The notes under the pieces are model-generated. The model worked only from the letters and a program-made list of their open reading frames with translations, was not told where the DNA came from and did not search any database. Made by a program: the position numbers and the translations under genes. This document shows positions 58,905 through 64,000 of a DNA stretch of 64,000 nt, piece after piece. Numbering within the stretch: the stretch's first letter is position 1; each line of letters begins with the position of its first letter. Where the stretch lies: assembly GCA_016193335.1 (NCBI GenBank), contig JACPSK010000003.1, positions 23,739 to 87,738 on the forward strand, given 5' to 3'. This stretch comes from Candidatus Magasanikiibacteriota bacterium. GTDB taxonomy: Bacteria; Patescibacteriota; Patescibacteriia; Magasanikbacterales; UBA922.

Positions 58905-58975
58905 TTGGACAAGATTTGTTTGATGCTTCGTCGTGAGAAAGAATCTGAGGGGAAGTACCACGACGACGCGATACA

Positions 58976-59010
58976 AAAATAGCCCGGCTTGGCCGGGCTA
59001 TTTTTGTTGT
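58976..59010 (+). terminator. Rho-independent terminator AGCCCGGC-TTGG-CCGGGCT + TTTTTGTTG
   Basis: 8-bp GC stem and T-run, preceded by an 8-bp inverted repeat TCGTCGTG...CACGACGA. Confidence 0.65.
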
Positions 59011-59082
59011 TTCGTTTCGCTTGCTCTTGCTTTTTGTTGTCTATGTAGTTACTATGAATCGTATAATAAATTCGTGTAGATA

Positions 59083-59961
59083 ATGCAATTTATGGATCTT
59101 TCAGTAATTACGGTAACATGGAATTCTTCAGAATTGATCGGAGGACAAATACAGTCCGTTATTTCAGGTTTTTCGGATATTTCTTGCGAGCAGATTGTTG
59201 TTGATAATAATTCTTCTGATAATACTGTTTCCTTGATTAAAAATAATTTTTCACACCTTACTCTTATAGAAAACAAGAGCAATTTTGGCTTTGCCGCGGC
59301 GAATAATCAGGGTTTTAACATTTCATCGGGTGAATATATATTGTTTCTGAATCCTGATATGCGACTTGAAGAGAAGAGCCTCGACAGAATCATCGCTTGG
59401 ATGCGGCGGAACCCAAAAGTTGGCATCGCCAGTCCGCGACTGGTTGACGAAACAGGAAGACTGAATCTTGACGCCAAACCGCGCAGATTTCCCACTTTGT
59501 TGAATCAGCTTGCTTTGATTTTGAAAATACCGCATCTGTTTCCCCGAGTATTGGATTCATATTTGATGAAAGATTTTGATCCGGACAAAGAACAAGAGCT
59601 TGACTCTGTGCGTGGTTCTTTTATGCTCGTGCGGCGGGATTTTTTGGACAAGCTCGGCTGGGCTTTTGATCCTCGATATTTTTTTTGGTTCGAAGACGTT
59701 GATCTGTGCAGAGAAGCCAAAAGACTCGGCTACACGGTAATGTACACGCCCGTTGTTTCTTGTTTGGATTATGTGGGCCAGAGCATTAAGAAAAGAGATT
59801 CTCTATGGAAACAGAAGATGTTTACCCGAAGTATGCTTAGCTATTTTCAAAAATGGGAACCCTGGTATATTTGGATCTGGATTGCCCTATGTCGGCCTTT
59901 GGGGATCGCTTTGGCCTGGATCGCCGGCATGGTTCACCGGTTAAACAAACGGCGAGCTTGA
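59083..59961 (+). CDS. GT2-family glycosyltransferase (rhamnosyltransferase-like)
   Basis: VITVTWNS...VVDNNSSDNT, DxD-like FLNPDMRL. Confidence 0.8.
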   Translation: MQFMDLSVITVTWNSSELIGGQIQSVISGFSDISCEQIVVDNNSSDNTVSLIKNNFSHLTLIENKSNFGFAAANNQGFNISSGEYILFLNPDMRLEEKSLDRIIAWMRRNPKVGIASPRLVDETGRLNLDAKPRRFPTLLNQLALILKIPHLFPRVLDSYLMKDFDPDKEQELDSVRGSFMLVRRDFLDKLGWAFDPRYFFWFEDVDLCREAKRLGYTVMYTPVVSCLDYVGQSIKKRDSLWKQKMFTRSMLSYFQKWEPWYIWIWIALCRPLGIALAWIAGMVHRLNKRRA

Positions 59962-60029
59962 GTATTTGTCAGTTTTTGTTTTTTCCTTTATAGTTGGCAC
60001 AGAGAGATTGCAAGAGAAAGGGCCAAATC

Positions 60030-60527
60030 ATGAGCGTCAAGCGGGCGGTGCTTTGCTACGTCATCAAAGACGGAAAGGTTCTTATGATCCGTGGCCGCGA
60101 AAAGTACGCGCCGCATTACCAGCTTTGGAACGGCCTTGGTGGCAAATACGAGCCAGAAGATGGCGAAGATCCTATTATCTGTCTCAGGCGGGAGCTTGCG
60201 GTTGAAGGCGGCATTGTCCCGCTTGGACTCGATAGAGTTGGGACTCTGCGGGTATCCGGTCTGTCTGAGGACGTCGATTGGGTCGTCGATTTGTATCGAG
60301 CCTACGATTATGAGGGGAGCGTTTTGGCCTCTAGCCGAGAAGGGGATCTCCGTTGGTTCGATATGAACAGGCCCGAAGCCATTGATACTCTGCTCGGAGA
60401 CCAGTATTTTTTGCCTTGGGTTTTTTGCGGCAGATATTTTGAGGCTACTGTGCTCTATGAACGTGGGACTTTTTTGACTTTTTCCTGCGTTTTTACACCC
60501 CAGACTTCTGGATCTCTCGTGGTCTGA
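60030..60527 (+). CDS. Nudix-like hydrolase, GC-rich gene
   Basis: Degenerate Nudix box GGKYEPEDGEDPIICLRRELAVEGGI. About 52% GC against AT-rich flanks. ORF track 59994..60527. Confidence 0.45.
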   Translation: MSVKRAVLCYVIKDGKVLMIRGREKYAPHYQLWNGLGGKYEPEDGEDPIICLRRELAVEGGIVPLGLDRVGTLRVSGLSEDVDWVVDLYRAYDYEGSVLASSREGDLRWFDMNRPEAIDTLLGDQYFLPWVFCGRYFEATVLYERGTFLTFSCVFTPQTSGSLVV

Positions 60528-60549
60528 CAGGTGAGGATCCTGTCAGACC
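60516..60549. other. Perfect 11-bp inverted repeat GGTCTGACAGG-N8-CCTGTCAGACC spanning the stop codon of the Nudix-like gene
   Basis: Direct reading. No T-run follows. Confidence 0.7.
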
Positions 60550-60726
60550 ATAGGCTTGATTTTGAATCCCGGTTTTTGACGAGGTTTCAATTCGGTCGGC
60601 TTCTTGCGGAGAATTTGCTTGACATAAAAAGTGGATCGTTTCCTTTATATGATTCTGGATTCAGTGTAGATTCAATCTCCGCTTATGATTCGGCCGGCCT
60701 TTCATTGATATATTTTTTTACGTGTC

Positions 60727-61794
60727 ATGAAACTAAGCATTCAGCTCGTTACCTGGAACGGAGCTGCGTATATTCCTTATCTTTTTGATTCTCTGCGCAA
60801 GCAGAATTTTTTTGATTGGAAACTGAGTATACTTGATAATGCTTCACAAGATAATACCGTGGAACGAATCAAGCATGAACTCAGCTCTGTTTCCATTCCC
60901 TTTGAATTCATAGAAAACAAAGTCAATGAAGGCTTCGCCGGAGGCCACAACAGACTGTTTAAAAAGAACTGTTCCGAATATGTCCTTTTGCTCAATCAGG
61001 ATATGTATCTTGGGCCAGATTGCCTCCAACGCATGCTCGCGTATCTTGAAACACACGCTGAGATCTCGGCTGTTTCCCCACGGCTCATGCGTTGGGATTT
61101 TCGTCTTTTGGAAAACGCGGACAGCAAGGCCGGGATAGATCAGGAATTGTTAAAACGCAGTTTCACCGATCAGATTGACGCGCTTGGTCTAAAGATATTC
61201 AGATCGAGAAGAGTGGTAGAACAATATACTCGTCAAAATTGGAGCGAGATAAGGCATATGTTTGTTGGGAATAATGTCCTTGTTTTTGGACTCTCGGGAG
61301 CCTTCCCTCTGTACCGTTGTTCTGATTTAAAGGAATCGCTCTATGCCAACGGCTCTTTGTTCGACGAAAGCTATCACGCGTATAAAGAAGACGTGGATCT
61401 TGCCTACCGTTTGCTTTCTGCCGGCAAGTCTTCCCTGGTTTTGCTCGATATTTTTGCCTATCATGATCGCTCTGGCGCCGGCCCCCGTGAAATGGAGGAT
61501 ATGGAAGCGGCCAAAAATAAAAGGCTGCAATCCGAATGGGTACGTTATCATAGTTATAAAAACCATCTGATGACTCTTTATAAAAACGAATACGGTTTTA
61601 ATTTTTTACTTGATTTTTTTTGGATTTTATGGTATGAGTTAAAGAAGTTTTTTTGGCTTCTCATATTTGATAGAAAGGTTTTAAAGGGATTTTCTGAGAT
61701 TTTTAGAGAGCGCGGAGCTTTACAAGAAAAAAGAAAGTATATAAAGGCAAAAAGACGCCTGTCGTGGAGAAATCTTCGGCCATGGTGGCTTTAA
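60727..61794 (+). CDS. GT2-family glycosyltransferase
   Basis: LVTWNGAAY..LDNASQDNT, LNQDMYL DxD. Confidence 0.8.
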   Translation: MKLSIQLVTWNGAAYIPYLFDSLRKQNFFDWKLSILDNASQDNTVERIKHELSSVSIPFEFIENKVNEGFAGGHNRLFKKNCSEYVLLLNQDMYLGPDCLQRMLAYLETHAEISAVSPRLMRWDFRLLENADSKAGIDQELLKRSFTDQIDALGLKIFRSRRVVEQYTRQNWSEIRHMFVGNNVLVFGLSGAFPLYRCSDLKESLYANGSLFDESYHAYKEDVDLAYRLLSAGKSSLVLLDIFAYHDRSGAGPREMEDMEAAKNKRLQSEWVRYHSYKNHLMTLYKNEYGFNFLLDFFWILWYELKKFFWLLIFDRKVLKGFSEIFRERGALQEKRKYIKAKRRLSWRNLRPWWL

Positions 61795-62717
61795 TGAATA
61801 TGCTTACCCAAACTCAATTTTCAACTCGCATGGATTGGGCATCCGGCCCTTTTCCAGAAGATCATTCTTCTTCTATTAAGGATATACATATCGTTTTCCT
61901 CAATTATTTGATGAAAGAAGATATCATAAACGCCGTCAGATCTCTTTATGATGATATAGCCGACTGTCCTTACGAGGTTCAAATCACGGTGGCGGATAAT
62001 TCAGAAAATCAGGATCATATTCAAGAAGAACTCAGGGAACATTTCCCCGGAGTGCTTTATATAGACTGCGGAGGAAATCTGGGCTTTGGCAAAGGAAATA
62101 CGCTCGGCTTCCAAGCCGCGCCTGCCCGTTATTATTTCGCACTCAATAGAGATACCATTATCCCATCGGGGACCAAAGTGATTGAACGGATTGTTCGTTT
62201 TATGGATCAACACCCCAAAATCGGCTGCATGGGTCCCAAACTTCTGAATATGGACGGCAGCTTGCAATACTCCTGCTATCGCTTCGACCTTCCTTCGATA
62301 CTTATCAAACCTCTTAAACAGATAAATTTTGATCAAAAATATTCTTGGGTAAGAAGACGCACTGATGGCCTTCTTATGAAGGATTTTGACCATGAATCCA
62401 CTCGTCCCGTGGACTGGGTGCTTGGCGCGGCTCTAGTGGTTCGCAAAGAAGTGGTAGATCAGATCGGCTGGTTTGATGAGCGGTATTTCATGTATTTGGA
62501 AGATGCCGACTGGTGTCGCCGCATGTGGGATGCCGCCTGGCCGGTGTATTATGTCCATGATATAATCATCAAACATTCTCACGCCAGGGGCTCGGCGCAA
62601 GTGCCGGGTATATTCAAGGCTTTGATAAAAAATAAACTGGCGAGAGTACATCTAAAAAGTTGGTTTTCGTTTTTGTGGAAGTGGAAAGGAAGCTTTATTT
62701 ACTACCGCGGGGATTAA
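61764..62717 (+). CDS. GT2-family glycosyltransferase
   Basis: VADNSENQD, ALNRDTII. GT-A fold pattern. Confidence 0.7.
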   Translation: MEKSSAMVALMNMLTQTQFSTRMDWASGPFPEDHSSSIKDIHIVFLNYLMKEDIINAVRSLYDDIADCPYEVQITVADNSENQDHIQEELREHFPGVLYIDCGGNLGFGKGNTLGFQAAPARYYFALNRDTIIPSGTKVIERIVRFMDQHPKIGCMGPKLLNMDGSLQYSCYRFDLPSILIKPLKQINFDQKYSWVRRRTDGLLMKDFDHESTRPVDWVLGAALVVRKEVVDQIGWFDERYFMYLEDADWCRRMWDAAWPVYYVHDIIIKHSHARGSAQVPGIFKALIKNKLARVHLKSWFSFLWKWKGSFIYYRGD

Positions 62718-62720
62718 AAT

Positions 62721-63824
62721 ATGCGAGAATATCCGAAAATCGCTATCGTTTATCTACTCTTTTATCACAATGAATCCTATGTGGAGGATACTGTTTCGGC
62801 TTTAAAAAAATTGACGTATCCGAGAGACAAAGTGGAATGTATTATTGTAAGCAATCCTCATCCTGAGCATGGATCTTTTGTGCCATATATAGAAGATAAC
62901 GTTCTACCGCTTTCGGGTAAAGAAATTCCCCATGTCACTGTTTTGCCCCAGACCGAAAATTTGGGTTTTGCCGGCGGTAACAATAAAGGCGCGGCCTGGG
63001 CGATAGAGCATGGGTTTGAGTATATTTTTTTTCATAATAATGACGGTTTCCTCGCCGCGAACGCGCTTGAGCCTTTGATCGATGCTTTTCAGACCGACAA
63101 GCGCATCGGTATGGCTCAGTCTCTTATGCTTCTTCATCCAGACACCGAACGCGTAAACAGCATGGGGAATTCTTTTCATTATTTGGGTTTTGGTTTTTGT
63201 AATGGATATAGAACTCTCTTGGCCGAACTCAGTCTTCCATCCATAAAAGATATAGACTACGCGAGCGGAGCCGCCCTTATGATTCGGGCCGATCTTGTCA
63301 AACGATTTGGCGCCTGGGATGAAGATTTATTTTTGTATCATGAAGATTTGGAATGGTCACTCAGACTTCGTTCGGCGGGATATCGCGTGGTTTTGGCTCG
63401 AGATTCTGTTTTTTACCACAAATATCAATTTGGCAGAAGCATTGAAAAGTTTTTTTGGATGGAACGAAACCGCCACGCGGTGATGCTTATGTTTTTTCGT
63501 TGGCCCACCTTGTTGCTTCTCACTCCCATAGCTCTGATGCTTGAAGCCGGTCTTTGGCTATTCAGCATCAAAAATGGCTATGCTCTGAAACGTTTTGAAG
63601 TGTATCAATATTGGTTTAATCTGAAACATCTCTCTTTATGGCTCAAAAAGAGGCGTCGCGTTCAAAATGAAAGGGTTGTTTCGGATCGCGAATTGCTTCG
63701 CCATTCGGTTCCGGTTATTTTGTTTCAGGAAAAAGAGATGGAGAATCCTATGCTGAATTTCATAGGTAATCCTATTATGAAGGCTTATTATTACCTAGTG
63801 GTGAGAGGATGCATCTGGTGGTGA
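62721..63824 (+). CDS. GT2-family glycosyltransferase with C-terminal TM segments
   Basis: IVSNPHPEHG, GFAGGNNKG, FFHNNDGF (DxD-like). Confidence 0.7.
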   Translation: MREYPKIAIVYLLFYHNESYVEDTVSALKKLTYPRDKVECIIVSNPHPEHGSFVPYIEDNVLPLSGKEIPHVTVLPQTENLGFAGGNNKGAAWAIEHGFEYIFFHNNDGFLAANALEPLIDAFQTDKRIGMAQSLMLLHPDTERVNSMGNSFHYLGFGFCNGYRTLLAELSLPSIKDIDYASGAALMIRADLVKRFGAWDEDLFLYHEDLEWSLRLRSAGYRVVLARDSVFYHKYQFGRSIEKFFWMERNRHAVMLMFFRWPTLLLLTPIALMLEAGLWLFSIKNGYALKRFEVYQYWFNLKHLSLWLKKRRRVQNERVVSDRELLRHSVPVILFQEKEMENPMLNFIGNPIMKAYYYLVVRGCIWW

Positions 63825-63865
63825 GCAGTTTATTATCGAGTATTTTTTGATTTGAACTGACATTT

Positions 63866-64000
63866 ATGAATATTCGCAAGGCAATACTTACCGGAGGCGG
63901 CCATGCCACCCGCCTTTACCCCATTACCACGACTATAAATAAACATTTGCTTCCTTTGGCCAATAAGCCCATGATTTTTCATGCCATAGAGAAAGTGGTG
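63866..64000 (+). CDS. rmlA: Glucose-1-phosphate thymidylyltransferase (N-terminal fragment, runs off window)
   Basis: MNIRKAILTGGGHATRLYPITTTINKHLLPLANKPMI, matching the RmlA G-x-G-T-R-L-x-P-x-T motif. Confidence 0.8.
   Translation, partial: MNIRKAILTGGGHATRLYPITTTINKHLLPLANKPMIFHAIEKVV

Noticed and set aside
58611-58976. 121-aa minus-strand ORF containing the C10 tract as a phase-variable gene
   Set aside because: Not rejected outright, but not called as a feature. Its start overlaps the terminator hairpin, its composition is less protein-like than the opposite-strand ORF-B, and it completely overlaps ORF-B. Reported within the island finding instead.
60531-60788. 85-aa ORF between the Nudix-like gene and the GT2 gene
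   Set aside because: Overlaps the start of the GT2 gene at 60727, no RBS, no motif. Likely intergenic.
1-64000. CRISPR arrays, tRNA/rRNA genes, transposases or integrases
   Set aside because: No regularly spaced direct repeats, no tRNA T-arm/acceptor signatures (GGTTCGAATCC-type) and no recombinase-like ORFs were found on either strand. The GC islets therefore lack an obvious mobilisation gene.

Overview
This 64 kb window reads as a gene-dense, AT-rich (about 40-45% GC) bacterial chromosome segment. The small proteins, truncated housekeeping genes and absence of RNA genes suggest a Candidate Phyla Radiation/Parcubacteria-like organism, but that is an inference. Genes are assigned by motif recognition only.

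Main content, in order:
- An amino-acid permease-like gene, then metK behind a long structured leader.
- Three tandem stand-alone receiver-domain genes.
- uppP, a CCA-adding enzyme, yidC and an SPFH-domain gene.
- An expanded heat-shock operon: a CIRCE operator, then hrcA, grpE, an Hsp20 gene, dnaK, a SpoT-type HD (p)ppGpp hydrolase, a DM13-domain gene and dnaJ.
- A SemiSWEET-like gene, rnhA, recJ, lepA, murJ and corA.
- A beta-CASP RNase, uvrB, uvrA and a short uvrC.
- The start of the division/cell-wall cluster: mraZ, rsmH, ftsL.
- A membrane-anchored, zinc-ribbon Clp/Hsp100 ATPase, then a WecA/MraY-family transferase.
- rplU, recR, ybaB and dnaB.
- A large envelope-glycan region: GT4, GT-C and four GT2 glycosyltransferases, two CDP-alcohol phosphatidyltransferases, HIT and Nudix genes, rmlB, rmlD and rmlA.

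No rRNA, tRNA or CRISPR array was seen.

Features that look unusual:
1. Several GC-enriched islets (53-60% GC) sit inside the AT-rich background. They are the receiver block at 2679-4440, a 330 bp non-coding islet at 6840-7170, a small-peptide locus at 28560-28860, a second CDP-alcohol phosphatidyltransferase paralog at 51782-52519, and an 870 bp island at 58041-58905 with two unassignable ORFs ending in a G10 tract. These look like horizontally acquired modules or structured RNAs.
2. A modular intergenic repeat family of about 70 bp occurs at least four times, always next to terminators. One module is inverted in one copy.
3. A terminator hairpin abuts the metK start codon and may be a riboswitch-like attenuator.

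Numbers for non-ORF features were counted by eye and may be off by 1-2 nt.
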